From Felis catus (taxonomy: Eukaryota): 64,000 nucleotides of DNA. Under the pieces are notes generated by a model that made no database searches, was not told where the DNA came from, and was given only the letters and a program-made list of their open reading frames with translations. The position numbers and the translations under genes are program-made. Of this stretch, positions 41,101 through 55,251 are shown one piece after another (the stretch's first letter is position 1; every line of letters begins with the position of its first letter). Location of the stretch: the NCBI RefSeq assembly GCF_018350175.1, contig NC_058373.1:112346001-112410000 (forward strand), written 5' to 3'.

Positions 41101-42741
41101 AGAGTTTTAATGAAATTATTAAATATTTGGAAATTTAAATAAAGTTAGGTTGTTTGTTTATATTTGGGTTATAGGAGCTCTATGTATACCCTGGAAGATA
41201 AATCCTTTGATATGGTTTACATGTATTATCTCATAGCCTCTGGCTTGCTAATTCTTTTTCTTAGTGGTGTCTTTTGCTAAACTGATTTTTTTTTTTTTTT
41301 ACTTTGATGATCTAAATCAACTGTTTCTTTTATGCTTATTGCTTTTTATGATCTGTCCAAGAAAAATGTCTCCATCTGTAAGGCACAAATATATGTTTTC
41401 TTGTGTTTTATGCCTGTATTTCAAATTACTTTTTGTTTATGATGTGAGGTAGAAGAAGTCCCTATACCCCATACTGCATTGGATCAGTGAATGGAAATCA
41501 CTATGGATTATATTTTACCCAAATCTACCAGGTTTTATTTTCCCAAATATGACAACAGGGGTAATCAAGGTGTTACATGTTTAATGTGTTTCTAGATTTA
41601 AAAAAAATAGATTTGAGAGTGTAAGTGGTCACAAATTATATGACAAGGTCTTTATAGCTGCCTCTATGGTGACATTACAAAATCAGAACCACTCTGGAAA
41701 GGGAAATCCACAGGTCATAAATGATTTTATAAGAGAAAGGGCTGATAATGATAAATGACCTAATGCAGTTCTGGTACAAAAATACTAGTTGGTTGGAAGG
41801 GCTCCATTCTAATCTGCTGTCGCATACAGATGGAATGCCTGCTATTAATGTGACCAATTATAATTATGTGCTGAGATGTACTTTTCTTATATACTTAATT
41901 TTTTTTATTTTTATTTTTAAAATTTTAATTTAAATTCTAGTTAACATATACTGTAATATTATTTTTAGGAGTAGAATTTAGTGATTCATCACTTGCATAT
42001 AACAGCCAGTGCTCAACAGAAGTGCCTTCCTTAATATCCATCACCCATTTAGCTCATTCCTCACCATCCCCTGCCCTCCATCAACACTCAGTTTGTTCTT
42101 TATAGTTAAGAGTCTTTTATAGTTTACTTTCCTCTCTTTTTTTTCCTTTCCCCTGTGTTCATCCATTTTGTTTTTTAAATTCTGCATGTAAGTGAAATCA
42201 TATGGTATTTGTCTAGCTCCATCCACGTTGTTGCAAATGGCAAGACTTCATTCTTTTTTATGGCTGAGTAATATTCTATTGTACATATATAACATATCTT
42301 TATCCATTCATCATTTGATGGACATTGGGCTCTTTCCATAATTTGGCTATTGTAGGTAATGCTGCTATGAACATTGATGTGTATGTGCCCTTTTGAATCA
42401 GTATCTTTGTATGATTTGTGTAAATACCTAGTAGTGCAATTGCTGGTTGGTAGGATAGTTCTATCTTTAACTTTTTGAGGAACTTCCATACTGTTTTCCA
42501 GACTGGCTGCACCAGTTTGCATTCCCACCAACAGTGTAAGATGATTCCTCTTTCTCCACATCCTCGCCAACATCTGTTTACTTAGTTGTTGATTTTAACC
42601 ATTCTGACTGGTGTGAGGTAGTGTCTCATTATGGTTTTGATTTGTATTTCCCTGATTATGAATGATATTGAACATCTTTTCATGTGTCTTGTGGCCGTCT
42701 GGATGACTTCTTTGGAAAAATGTCCATTCATCTCTTCTGCC

Positions 42742-42946
42742 CTTTTTCTTTTTCTTTTTTTCTTTTTGAGAGAGTGTGTGCACTAGCAAGTGAAGGAGGG
42801 GCAGAGGAAGAGGGGGAGAGAGACTCTTAAGCAGCCTCCATGTCCAGCATGGAGCTCAAGACACGGCTCCATCCCACGACCACGATCATGACTTCTGCCG
42901 AAATCAAGAGTCGGTTGCTTAACCGACTGAGCCACCCATGCACCCC
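42742..42946 (-). mobile_element. Can-SINE inside L1
   Basis: SINEC core motifs. Confidence 0.88.
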
Positions 42947-43489
42947 ATCTTCTGTCCATTTCTTAATGTGATTATTTGTTTTTTGGGTGTTGAGTTTGAT
43001 AAGTTCTTTATATATTTTGGATTCCAACCACTTATATGTCATTTGCAAATACCTTCTCTCATTCTGTAGGCTACCTTATGGTTTTGTTGATTGTTGATTG
43101 TTTCACTGGGCAGAAGTTGCTTTTTATGTTGATGAAGTACCAGTAGTTCATTTTTACTTTTGTTTTCCTTGCCTCTGCAGATGTGTCTGGTAAGAAGTTG
43201 CCATGGCCAGGGTCAAAGAGCTTGCTGCCTGTGTTCTCTAGGATTTTGATGGTTCCCTGTCTCACATTTAGGTCTTTCCATTTTGAATTTATTTTTGTGT
43301 ATGGTGTAAGAAAGTGGTCCAATTTCATTGGTTTGCATATAACTGTCCAATTTTCCCAACACCATTTGTTGAAGAGACTGTCTTTTTTCCTTGGATTTTC
43401 TTTCCTGCTTTGTTGAAGATTAGTGGCCATGCATTTATGGATCCATTTCGGAATTTTCTATTCTGTTCCATTGATCTATGTGTCTGTTT

Positions 43490-43731
43490 TTTTTTTTTTT
43501 TTTAATGTTTATTTACTTTTGAGAGAGAGAGACAGTGAGCGAGCATGAGCAGGGGAGGTAGGAGGGGGGAGGAGCAGGGAGAGAGGGAGACACAGAATCT
43601 GAAGCAGGCTCCAGGCTCTGAGCTACCAGCTGTCAGCACAAAGCCTGACGTGGGGCTCGAACCCACAAGCTGTGAGATCATGACCTGAGCTGAAGTTGGC
43701 CACTTAGCTGACTGAGCCACCCAGGCACCCC
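43490..43731 (-). mobile_element. Can-SINE inside L1
   Basis: SINEC core; TSD tctatgtgtctgtttt. Confidence 0.94.
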
Positions 43732-45409
43732 TCTATGTGTCTGTTTTTGTGCCAGTACCAGACTGTCTTGAAGAGTGCAATTTTGTAATATAGCTTGAAG
43801 TCTGGAATTGTGATGCCTCCAGATTTTCTTTTCTTCTTCAAGATTGCTTTGGCTATCCAGGGTCTTTTGTGGTTCCATACAAATTGTAGGATATTTTGTT
43901 TTAGTTCTGTGAAGAATGCTGGTGGTATTTTGATAGGGATTGCATTAAATGTGTAGATTGTTTTGGTAGTATGGACGTTTAACAATACCTGTTCTTCCAT
44001 TCCATGAACATGGAATGTTTTTCCATTTTTCTTTTGGCTCTGCTCTAACTCTGTCCATAACTTGACATGTTGTATTTTGATTTTCATTTAGTTCTGTGTA
44101 TTTTTCTTAGTTCCTTTGAGACTTCTTTGACCCCTGAGTTATTTAGGAGTATGTTGTTTTATTTCCATGATTTGGAGATTTTTTTTTTGTTCTTATGTTA
44201 CTGATTTCAAGTTTGACTCAATTGTAGTCAGAGAGCTTACTTTGTATGATTTCAGTTCTTTTAATTTGTGGGGTTTGGTTTATAATCCAGAATATGGTCT
44301 ATCTTGATTGTTCCTAGGGAACTTGAAAAAAATGTTTATTCTGCTGTTTTAAATGGAGTTTATAAATGTCATTTAGATCCTGTTGCCTGGTAATATAATT
44401 TAGTTCTTTTGTATCTTTGCTGATTTTTTGTATGATAGTTCTAACATATGCTGCAAATGGAATGCTGAAGTGATCAAATATCATTGTGGCTATGTTCATC
44501 TCTCCTTTCAGTTCTTAGTTTTTGTTTTATGTGTTTTGAAGCTCTGTCCTTTAGTTCATACCATTTAGGATTCCTGTGTCTTCGTGGTCAGTTGACCCTG
44601 TTATCATTTTGTAGGATCCCACTTCGTTGCTAGTAATTATTGTAGATATAAAGTCTGCTTTATCTGATAATAATACATCCACTTTTGACTTTTTTATTGT
44701 TAATGTTTGCAGAATATATGTTTTTTATATACTTTTGTTTTAACCTACTTGTGTTGCTATGTTTGAAATGAGTTTCTTATAGACAGCATGTAGTTAGGTT
44801 GTGTTTTTTTTTATCTACTTTGTTAATTTGTCTTTATTTTTTATTTTATTTTTTTGTGGCTGTGTATTTAGAGTGTTTGAAGTAATTATTGATATGTAAG
44901 GGCTCAAGTCTGCCATTTCATTATTTATTTTTGATCCCTTTTTTTCAATGTTTTATTTCTGTTTTCATGGCTTACTTATGGATTACTTGAACAATTTTTA
45001 GAATTTAATTTTAATGATTGTGTCCTTTACTCTATCTCTTTGTATAGTTTTCTTAGTGGTTGTTAGGGGTATTACAGTAAACATATATAATTCATCATAG
45101 TCACCATTTTACCATTTCAAGTAAAGTGTGGAAAATTGTCTTTTGTTTAGGTCACTTTGCCTTTATGTTTATATTTAAAATATAGTTCTTGTAAGTATTT
45201 CCTTTAGTTAATTGAGCACACTAGATGATGTTATAATTTTTGCTTCTATCATCAAATACGATTTTAAAAATTCATAAGGATAGTTTATTATATTTATCTT
45301 TATTACCTTCCATTTCATTGGTGTCTTTTCCTCTCTGAACTTCTGAGACTTCTTTTATTATTTTCCGTTAGAGAACTTACTTTAGCTATTCTTTAAAGTA
45401 TGTGTGATA

Positions 45410-45580
45410 CCAGAAGGGAGGTCGGGAGGAATGAGTGAAATAGGTGATAAGGTATTAAGGTTGTACTTGGGATGGGCACTGAGTGATGTATGGAATTGTT
45501 GAATCATTACATTGTACACCTGAAACTAATACAACCCTGTATGTTAACTGCACTGGAATTAAAATAAAATTAAAATTATT
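45410..45580 (+). mobile_element. Short carnivore L1 3' end
   Basis: gcactgagtgatgtatggaattgttgaatc...acacctgaaactaat...aaaataaaa. Confidence 0.8.
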
Positions 45581-46086
45581 TTTAAAATGTTATGTGTACT
45601 ATTGTGTAATCTGAGACTTTTTTTAATATCCCATTTATGAAGGTTATTTTTGCTGAATATAGAATTTGTGGTTGATGGTTTTTTTCTTTAAGTATTTGGA
45701 AAATGTTATACTGCTTTTTCAGGCTTCCGTGATGTCAGGTGAGAAATCCACTGTCATGGGTACTATTCCCCTATAAGTAGTGTATTGTTTCTTTCTAATT
45801 TCTTTTAAAGTTTTTTCCTTTGACTTTCATTTTTAGAAGTTTAGTTATGATATGGCTTGGCGTGGATTTTTGGGGGGCTATCCTGATATGACTTGGCATG
45901 GAATTTTGGGAGGTTAGCTCTCTATGTTTGTGTCTTTATTAAACAGACGTAATTTGTTAACACCCATTTGTTAACCCTTATTTCTGTAAATTCTTTTTAG
46001 CTCTATTCTCTCTCTCTTCTGGCTCTCTAGTAATAGGAATTTAGATTTTTTGATATTGTTCTATGGTTTCCTCAGTTTCTGTGTTT

Positions 46087-46120
<34 letters not shown>

Positions 46121-46129
46121 CGTGTGTGT
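46087..46129. repeat. (TG)n(CG)n(TG)n microsatellite
   Basis: Read directly from the sequence. Confidence 0.95.
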
Positions 46130-46902
46130 TTTAGAGTCTGTTGCTCTATTGTTCAGAGAGCTTAATTTCTGTTGTCCTATCTTAAGTTCACTAATTCTTT
46201 CCATTCTGATGTTCATTTTATTATCAACCCTATCCAAAGAGTTTTAAATTTTGGTTATTATATATTTGAGTTCTATAATTTTTATTTGGTTCTTTATGTC
46301 TTACATTTAGTGAGAGTTTTCAGAGTATTTGTAATTGCTTTTTGAAGCATTTTTATGAAAACTAGTTTAAAAATCTAGTTCTAACATCTCATTCCTGTGT
46401 TTGTGGATTTTCTTTTATCATTAGTTTTGATTTTTCTTGATCTTGGCGTGAGCAGTGGTTTTTTGGTTGCAATCTGCAAATGGGAGATACTGTTATTGAT
46501 TATATTTGTCATATTTTAGCAAGTAGTCACACTGTATCAGTTTATTGTATAGGTCTTGGTCTACTTTTAGGGGCTGTAGTTCCAATGACAATTTAGTGCT
46601 GAGAGCTTTTGTAGTGCTGTTAAGGTCTTCTTTCACCTGGTACTGGTAGGAATCCCATTTGGTCCTTAATGCTGACATCCTCAAGTGTGAAATGAATGTC
46701 CTTGGTCTGGTTCTGCTAGGTCAGAGGTGAGATGTCAGCACTTCAGGAACAGAAAGCTTTTTTCCTTGGCCTCCTGCTGCTGGAAGGACTCCCCTGCCAC
46801 CCCAGTTGATGCTATTAGTAGGTTGGAAGATACTCCTTAATCTACCTGAGCTGCCTTTGTGCCTTTGAGTGTGGGGTCAGATGACACTAAGCCTGGTGTG
46901 CC

Positions 46903-46905
46903 TTT

Positions 46906-46977
<72 letters not shown>

Positions 46978-47199
46978 TCAAAAAAATTTTTTTTAATGTT
47001 TGTTTTTGAGAGAGAGAGAGAGAGAGAGAGACAGAGTGTGAGTGGGGAGGAACAGAGAGAGAGGGAGACACAGAATCTGAAGCAGATTGCGGGATCTGAG
47101 CTCTCAGCACAGCCTAACATGGGGCTCAGACTCATGAACCATGAGATCATGACCTGAGCCAAAGTCAGATGCTTAACCGACTGAGCCACCCAGGAGCCC
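46903..47199 (-). mobile_element. Can-SINE with (TTTC)n tail microsatellite (about 46905-46979)
   Basis: SINEC core; about 18 perfect TTTC units abutting the tail. Confidence 0.93.
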
Positions 47200-50100
47200 T
47201 GTAGTGCCTCTTCTTTAATTGGGTGGTGAATTGGGCAATGTTGAGATGCTGTGTTGTTATTCAAATCCTGGGGTCCCTGGCTAGTTGCCTTCCTTTTTCC
47301 CATCTTTCAGAGGTCTCCTATGACAGTCTGGTGTATTATTTCCGGGGTTTTTCATTGTTCTTTGCATGGAGGAGAATGGAGAGATGAGTCTATCACATTG
47401 TTCCTCACACTGAAAATCCTAATGCTTTTTTTAAAAATAAAGAAATGATAAAAGTACTATACATGAGGATTTAAGAGGTATTATTTAATGAATGTATGTT
47501 TAGCAATATTGGCCATGAGATTTCATTTTTCCACTTTTTAAAATTTCCTTTTGTTTTTAACCAAGTGCAGAAATGTTTTTGTTTTTTGTTTTTTTTTTAG
47601 CTGCAAAGAATCAAAAACAAACTCATTTTTCATGTAGCACCATTTTAGCCATGTTATAGGGAGAGTAACATTAAAGCAAATTATTCTGAAACCAGACAAA
47701 CATTTAGCTGTTAATTTATTTCTGCATCTTATATTCTGTATCTCATCAGCCATCTGTATATTTCTCTTGTACCTTATTATAGAACCTGAAGTGTGTTTGA
47801 TACTGGATTAGCAAAAAACTCCAAAGTGGACCTAATAAAAGATATTGGTAATGTTATAATTGAAGAATAAAACCTCTTATTAATATATTCATTGAGTGAG
47901 ATGCCATTTGTTTCTGGGAAGCAACAAAAGTTTTTGACAAGTAGAATGAAAGTAATGTGATGACGTGGTAACAATGTCTTTTTGGTATTATCTGTTGATT
48001 TTATGTTGAGTAGATTTTCTACTTGAATAAATATAAAGGTAACTTTTCTATTGGTTTGTTTATGTTTAAAGTACAGAATTCAGTGATATATAGTATATTG
48101 ACAAAGTGGAAAAATTACCACTGTCTGCCTCTGGAACATTTTTATCACCGCATAAATCTTGTACCTAGTAGCAGTCACTCCCATTTCCCCCTTCCACTCA
48201 CTCCCTAGCAACCACTAATCTATTTTCTCTCTGTATTGTTTGACTGTTCTGGACACTGCATATAAAAGAAATCATACATGGTTTTTGTTTTGTTTTGTTT
48301 TTTGTTTTTGTATCTGGCTTCTGTCATTTAGCATCATAATTTTAGGACTTATCCATGTTGTAGCATATATCAATACTTCATTTCTTTTAATTGCCAAATA
48401 ACATTACATTTTATGAACATACCCCTTTGGTTTATCCATTGATCAGTTGATAGACATTTGGGTTTCTACTTTTTGGGTATTATAAACAGTGCTGGTATGA
48501 ACACTGATACACAAGTTTTTCTATGGACACATGATTTCATTTCTCATGAGTAAATACCTAATAGTAGAGTTGCTGTGTCATATTATAACTTTATGTTTAA
48601 CTCTTTAAGGAACTGCCAAACATTCCGAAGTAGCTGCATCATTTGACATTTTCACCAGTGATGTATGTGGGTCCTAATTTCTCTGTGTCCTCGTAAAAAC
48701 TTGCTATGTTTGTCTTTTTTATTTTATTTATCCTCTGGTATCTCATTGTGGTTTTGATTTGTATTTCCCTAATGACCAACAATGTGTAGCATCATGTCAT
48801 GTGCTTCTTGGCCATTTTTATATCCTTTTGAAGAAATATCTATTCAGATCCTCTGCTCACTTTTTTTTAAATAGACTTTATTTTTTAGAGCAACTTTATG
48901 CTCACAGCAAAATTGAGAAGGTACGAGATTTCCTATATTTCTTCTGCCCCTACATATGCATAGCTTCCTCCATTATCAAAATTCTGCACCAGAATGGTAC
49001 ATTTGTTATAATTGATGAACCCATATATACACATCATTATCATCCAAAGTCCATAGTTTATGTTAGGATTCACTCTTGGTATAGCACGTTCTATGGGTTT
49101 TGACAAATGTATCTACCATTATTCAATCATAGAGTAGTTTCACTGTCCTAAAAATCCTGTATGCTCTGCCTATTCATTCATTCTTCCTCTAATCTCTGGC
49201 AATCAGTGATCCTTTCACTGTCACCATAGTTTTGCCTTTTCCAGAATGTCAGGTAATTGGAATCATAGAGGGGATGGCTTTTTCAGTTGGCTTCTTTCAC
49301 CTTTTAATATGCATTTTAGGTTCCTCCATGTCTTTTCATGGGTTGGTAGGTCCTTTACTTTAGCACTAAGTAAAATTCCATTATCTGGATATGCCACAGT
49401 TTATTTGTCCCTTCACCTGCTGAAGATATCTTGGTTGCATCAAAGTTTTGACAATTATGAATAAAGCTAATATAAACATTGACATGTAGATTTCTGTGTG
49501 GATATAAGTTTTCAACTCATTTGGCTAAAAACTAGGGAGCACAATTGCTGGATTGTATGGTAAGAGTATTTTAAGAAACTACTAAACTGACTTCCAAACT
49601 GGCTGTGCTATTTTGCATTCCCACCAGTAATGAATGAGAGTTCCTGTTGTTCCATATCCTTGTCAACATTTGGTAGTGTCATTGTTTTAGATTTTGGCCA
49701 TTCTAATAGGTGTGTGGTAGTGTCTCTGTTTTGTTTCAGTTGGCAATTCCCTAATGACGTATAACGATGAACATATTTTCACATGCCTCTAAATCTTTTT
49801 GGTGAGGTGTCCAGTAAGGTCTTTTGCCCATATTTGAATGAGTTAGATTTCTTTCTTATTTTTGAGTTTTAAAATTTCTTTATGTATTTTGGATAAAAGT
49901 CCTTTATATGTCTTTTGCAAATATTTTCTCCCAGGCTGTGACTTGTCTTCTCATACACTTGACAGTGTGTTTTGCAGAGCAGAAGTTTTTTTATCTTAAT
50001 GAAGTCCAACTTATTAATTTTTTTTCCTTTCATGGATCATGGCTTTCATGTTGTATGTTAAAAGTCATTGCCACATTCACAGTCGTTTAGATTTACTCTT

Positions 50101-50650
50101 CTATTATAAGATTTTTATAGTTCTGTGGTTTACATTTAGATATACAATCGAGTTAATCCTCTGCTATTCTTAAATTGGGTTGCCTTTTTTGTTGTTGAGT
50201 TGTAAGAATTCATATCCCTAATCACACACACAATTTGCAAAAATTTTCTTTCAGTCTATAGGTTGTCTTTATTTTCTTGAGGTTGTCTTTTGAAACATAA
50301 TTTAAAAATTTTTTGATGATATCCTATTTATATATGTTTTTATAACTTATACTTCTATTTAAGTAACCATTTCCTCACACAAAGTCAAAAAGGTTTACTC
50401 CTATGTTTTATTCTAACAGTTTGGAGCCTTATCTACCTATAATTTGGTGTGTGATCCATTTAGAGTTAATTTTTGTATATAATATGAGGTAGGGGTCCAA
50501 CTTCATTCTTTGGCTTATGGGTATCTAGTTGTCATAGTATGATTTGTTGAAGAGAGTATTCTTTCCCTATTGAATGGTTTGGCAGCATTTGATCGGGACA
50601 TGGTAACAAAATGTATAGATGTATTGATTTATTTCTGAACTCTCAATTCT

Positions 50651-51081
50651 TTTTTTTTTTTAATATTCATTAAATTTTTTTAATGTTTATTTTTGAGAGA
50701 GAGAGATAGAGTGCGAGTGGGTATGAGTAGGGGAAGGGGCCGAGAGAGAGGGAGACACAGAATCTTAAGCAGGCTCCAGTCTCTGAGCTGTCAACACAGA
50801 GCCTGACACAGGGCTCAAACCCACGAACCATGATATCATGACCTGAGCTGAAGTCAGATGCTTAGCCAACTGAGCCACAACAGGTGCCCCTTAAATATTC
50901 ATTTTTGAGAGAGAGAAAGAGCGTGAGTGGGGGAGGGTTAGAGAGAGAGAGAGGGACAGAGGATTGGAAGTAGGTTCTGTGCTGACAGCAGCAAACCTGA
51001 TGTGGAGCTCAAACTCACAAACTCTGAGATCATGACCTGAGCTGAAGTCGGTCACAACCAACTGAGCCACCCAAGCACCCC
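50651..51081 (-). mobile_element. Two nested Can-SINEs (inner 50672-50890)
   Basis: Outer TSD tgaact(c/a)tcaattct; inner TSD aatattcatt. Confidence 0.9.
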
Positions 51082-51205
51082 TGAACTATCAATTCTGTTC
51101 CCTATGTCTTTATGTTTATTCTTATGCCAGTAACACACTGTTTGATTGTAATAGCTTTCTAGTATGTTTGAAATTAGAAAGTATGAGACCTCCAACTTTG
51201 TTCAT

Positions 51206-51417
51206 CTTTTTTTTTTTTTTTTTATTTTTTTTAAGTTTATTTATTTTGAGAGAGAGTGAGCAGGGCAGCAGCTGAGAGAGGAAAAGAGAATCCCAAGCAG
51301 GCTCCACACTGTCAGTGCAGAGCCCAAAGTGGGGCTTGAACCCAAGAACAGTGAGCCCATGAGCAGAGCTGAAACCAAGAGTCAGACGCTTAACTGACTG
51401 AGCCACCCCAGTGCCCC
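51206..51417 (-). mobile_element. Can-SINE
   Basis: SINEC core; TSD aactttgttcat. Confidence 0.94.
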
Positions 51418-51940
51418 AACTTTGTTCATGTTTTTAAAGATTGTTTTTGACAATTCAGGGTCTTTGCAATTCTGTATGAACTTAGGATCAGTTTTTACAT
51501 TTCTGTAATGAAGGCCTTTGGGATTTTGATAGGGATTGCATTGCATCCCTAGAACATTTGTATTATATTACCATTTTAACAATAGCAATTCTTCCAATTC
51601 ATGATCATGCAATATCTTTCCATGTATCTACATCTTATTTAATTTCTTTAAAAAATGTTTTGTAGTTTTTACTGTATAATTATTATATTTAAAGAAAATT
51701 TTCTAAGTATTTTTTCTTATTGATACTATTAATATAATTGTTTATTAAATCTCATTTTTGAATTGTTCATTGCTAGTGTATAGAAATACAATAGAATTTT
51801 GTATATTGATCTTGTATCCAGTAATCTTGATTAACTTGTTATTTCTAAAAACTTTATTGTGTATTCCTTTTTATTTTCTGTGTAAATGATGTTTCTGCAA
51901 ATATAGTTAGTAGTAGTTTTTCCTTTCCAGTAGAGATGCC

Positions 51941-51971
<31 letters not shown>

Positions 51972-53149
51972 TGAGCCTACTTGCTGTGTGGCTCAAACTT
52001 CTAGTGCAATTTTTAATATAGGGGGTTAAAAGGCATCCTTGTTCTTGTTCTTGCAGAGAAAGCTTTAATCCTTTTATTGTTGAGAATAATGTAACTGTAT
52101 TTTTTATAAACGCCATTTTTCATATTGGGTATGTTCCTTTATATTCTTAGTTTGTTGAATTTGTTTATCATAAAAGAGTTTTGGATTTTGTGAAATGCTT
52201 TTATTGCATCAATATGATGATTGTGTCTTTTAAAAATTATATTAGATTTGATTTGATATATATATATATTCAGCTTGAGTTTTCTATAGTATTTCATTCT
52301 TTAATTAAAAAAAAATTTTGTTTTTAACACTTGTGACCTGGCACTGTCCTGAACCTGCATTCTCTATTTTTGTTAAGTTTTAAAATTCTTTTATGTATAC
52401 CTTAAATTAGACATTATAACTGTTGTTTTATATTGTTTACCTTTACACATAAATTAATCAAGTTATTTGATCACCATGTTCACTCACTTCTTACAGCTTT
52501 TAAGGAAATATTCCCTCTTGTTTGGCATGCTTCATTAAGAAATTCTTTTTGAAAGCTTGACAAACTCCTTTATTATTTATCTGAAAATGTCTTTGTTTTG
52601 GCTTGCTCTTGGGGAGTAATTTCCCCTTTCTCTCAAGGTATACCATTACCATTTAGGTGAGTAGTTATTTTCTCTTAGCATTTTGAAGGTATTATCTTCC
52701 AGCTTCATTTGAGCTATTGAGAAGTCATCTATCAATCTACATGTCATTTCTTTGTAAGTGATCTATCCTTTTACTTGGGTAGTTTTTAACACCTCTTTCT
52801 TTTCTTGTACTTCAGTTTCAGTATAATATATCTGAATTATATTATATATAGTATGGATTTCTGTTTATTTTCATTTGTTTCTTGTATCTGTGGATTCAAA
52901 TCCTTGATCTATTGTGGAAAACTATTAACCATATATATACATTTGATTGTTATTTCTTTTTCATTCTTTCTCACCTTTCATTATCGTGCCAAGTTCTAAG
53001 CTAAATGATTTGCTTATATTGTCTCATTTAATTCTCACAAGTGCACTTTTTACATATGAGAATATGGAAACTCTGAGAAAGACGTTAATTAACTTGCTCA
53101 TGGTTATCTGCTTAGTGAACCTAACAGTCTTGCTTTGAGTGATTGTTCT

Positions 53150-53374
53150 TTTTTTTAAGTTTATTTATTTATTTTGAGAGAGAGAGAGGGGGAGAGGAAA
53201 GAAGGGAGGGAGGGGGGATAGAGAGAGAGAGAGGGAGAGAGAGAGAATCCCAAGCAGGCTGTGTCCTGTTTCACAGAGCCCCATGTGGAGCTCCATCTCT
53301 TGAACTGTGAGATCATGACCTGAGCTGAAATCAAGAGTCAGATGCTCAACTGACTATGCCACCCAGGCACCCCT
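53150..53374 (-). mobile_element. Can-SINE inserted in a MIR
   Basis: SINEC core; TSD tgattgttctt; MIR-like flank from about 53000. Confidence 0.9.
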
Positions 53375-53778
53375 GGATGATTGTTCTTAACCAAAGAATA
53401 CAGTGCCCTCTTCCCTACCACCACCCCTAAAAGCCAAAAGCAAAATAACGAAATGGAAAGAAACTCAGTGGTTATCTCATCTAACCCTGTAGGTTATGTA
53501 GTCTTTAAACACTGTAATAGTTTAAGAGAGAAGGCCATTCATATAATTTTGAATACATTGAAATTAAGAAACTTTGGAGGCATATATCTTTGATAGTTAG
53601 CTTACTCTCAGTTATAACAAACATATAGTTGGTTCATTTTGTGCATTTTCTTTCTTTACCTAGAAGAAATGACTTTCAGTTGATAGTGGTATTAGGGAGT
53701 TTAATCTCCCAGAGGTGTCCATTGCTATCTTGTTATTATTGTTTTTAAGCTCTTTCATTGAATCGAAGTAGGAAAAGA

Positions 53779-53900
53779 TTGAGCCCCATGTTGGGCTCTG
53801 TGCTTGTCAGCACAGATCCTGTGTGGGATTCTCTCTCTCCCTCTCTCTATGCCCTTCCCCACTCAAAATAAATAAATAAATATGCAATTATAAAAATAAA
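53779..53900 (+). mobile_element. 5'-truncated Can-SINE
   Basis: tgagccccatgttgggctctgtgct...(CT)n...aataaa. Confidence 0.85.
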
Positions 53901-55095
53901 GAAACTGCATGATTTCTTATTAGGGAAAAAGGAGAAACACTAATTGAAAGTAACTGTTTTTTCTACAGTAAGACTGCAAAGAGTGGGTGTTTTGTGACAG
54001 TTAAAAAAAAATCAAATACCGTTAAGAATTGTTAAAATATAGAAGCTTTTTATCCTCTCATATAAGACTTTTGTAATATACTCATCATCATTTTCAGCTA
54101 CATTTCATTAAACCATACCTTTCAGCTGCATCATAAAACCCAGAAAATTAAGAGTTTTTCGGGCTCTAGTTCAAATGTAATATTTTAATTTGAATAGGCA
54201 AAATTATAATTACTTTCTTAGAGTTGGGCTGTTATTGAATTGATTTATAATAGTATATACATAATATAAGTCTACTAGAGTATAAGCTAGTTGGGGCAAA
54301 CATTGTGGCTTTTAATTGTCTACATTCCTAATGCCTACCAAAGTTCCTATTACATAGGAAACCCATAGGAAATGTTTTATTTACTAAATGAATATTCCAA
54401 AACCCTTTGTGACTAATATAAATACAAGTGACACACAACTAGATATGTGAATATTAGTCATGTTTGTTCATATTAAAGGATTCAGTTTTATAAAGTTATA
54501 TAGATTTTTATAAAATCTTAATCTTAGTGAAGGAACTTTAGAGATTATTTAGTCCAATTCCATGTTAATGCCTATAGTAATTAATTAATAAATACTGATT
54601 TTGGATAAAATGATTTGATTTTTGTAAAAGGTAGAATTCAAGGTAGAAAGAGAAATTACTACCAAAATAAAGAAAATAGAATTTTAATGTAACTTACAAG
54701 CTTCTTGAACTCACATATTTTAGGGAGAGAAGTAGAAGACAAAATTTAAGCATCACAAAGGCTTCAATCAAAGGCCAATAAAATTGAGCATTTTGAAATG
54801 GGAGTTATAGATAGTTTAGCATTTGTTATTAGTCAAGTTTTTTTGTCCTCCAAGAAATTAATTTTTAATCTAATGTTCAATATTGATTCTTTCTTTTACA
54901 CATAGCAGCTTTATGAAGCTGAAATGGGGATTATTTAGCATGTATTTCATTAAAGAAAATTGAAGAAATTTTCTTCTTAAGCATGGGATCACATTGTCAG
55001 TGCCCTCTGTAGGCTATGAAATCCTAGTGGTAGGAAATATATATGTGGGTAAATGTTAAAAGAATAACATTTCTAATTTCCAAAAAATCTAAACT

Positions 55096-55251
55096 TTTTT
55101 TTTTTTTTAAGAGAGGGAGAGAGAGAATTTTAAGCAGTCTTCACACCCAGCACAGAGCTGACACAGGGCTCCATCCCACAAACCATAAGATCATGACCTG
55201 AGCTGAAATCAAGAGTCAGACGCTTAACCTGCTGAACCACCCAGGGGCCCC
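55096..55251 (-). mobile_element. Can-SINE (short)
   Basis: SINEC core; TSD aatctaa(a/c)ctttt. Confidence 0.9.

Larger units (their letters stand above)
41895..44032 (-). mobile_element. 5'-truncated carnivore L1 with two SINE insertions
   Basis: Antisense 3'UTR; ORF2 peptides [21 protein letters not shown]. Confidence 0.92.
44033..46500 (-). mobile_element. Old L1 (L1M) ORF2-start/ORF1 region, heavily decayed
   Basis: Antisense EN-like peptide QKISKDTKELNYITRQQDLNDIYK; tagacagcatgtagtt motif. Confidence 0.65.
48050..52240 (-). mobile_element. Old L1 (L1M-type) 3' region/ORF2 fragments, nested
   Basis: Antisense L1 motifs throughout; a second L1 3' end begins near 48860. Confidence 0.8.

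Noticed and set aside
54410..54460. 10-bp inverted repeat tgactaatat/atattagtca
   Set aside because: Stem too short and loop unstructured for a pre-miRNA or MITE call
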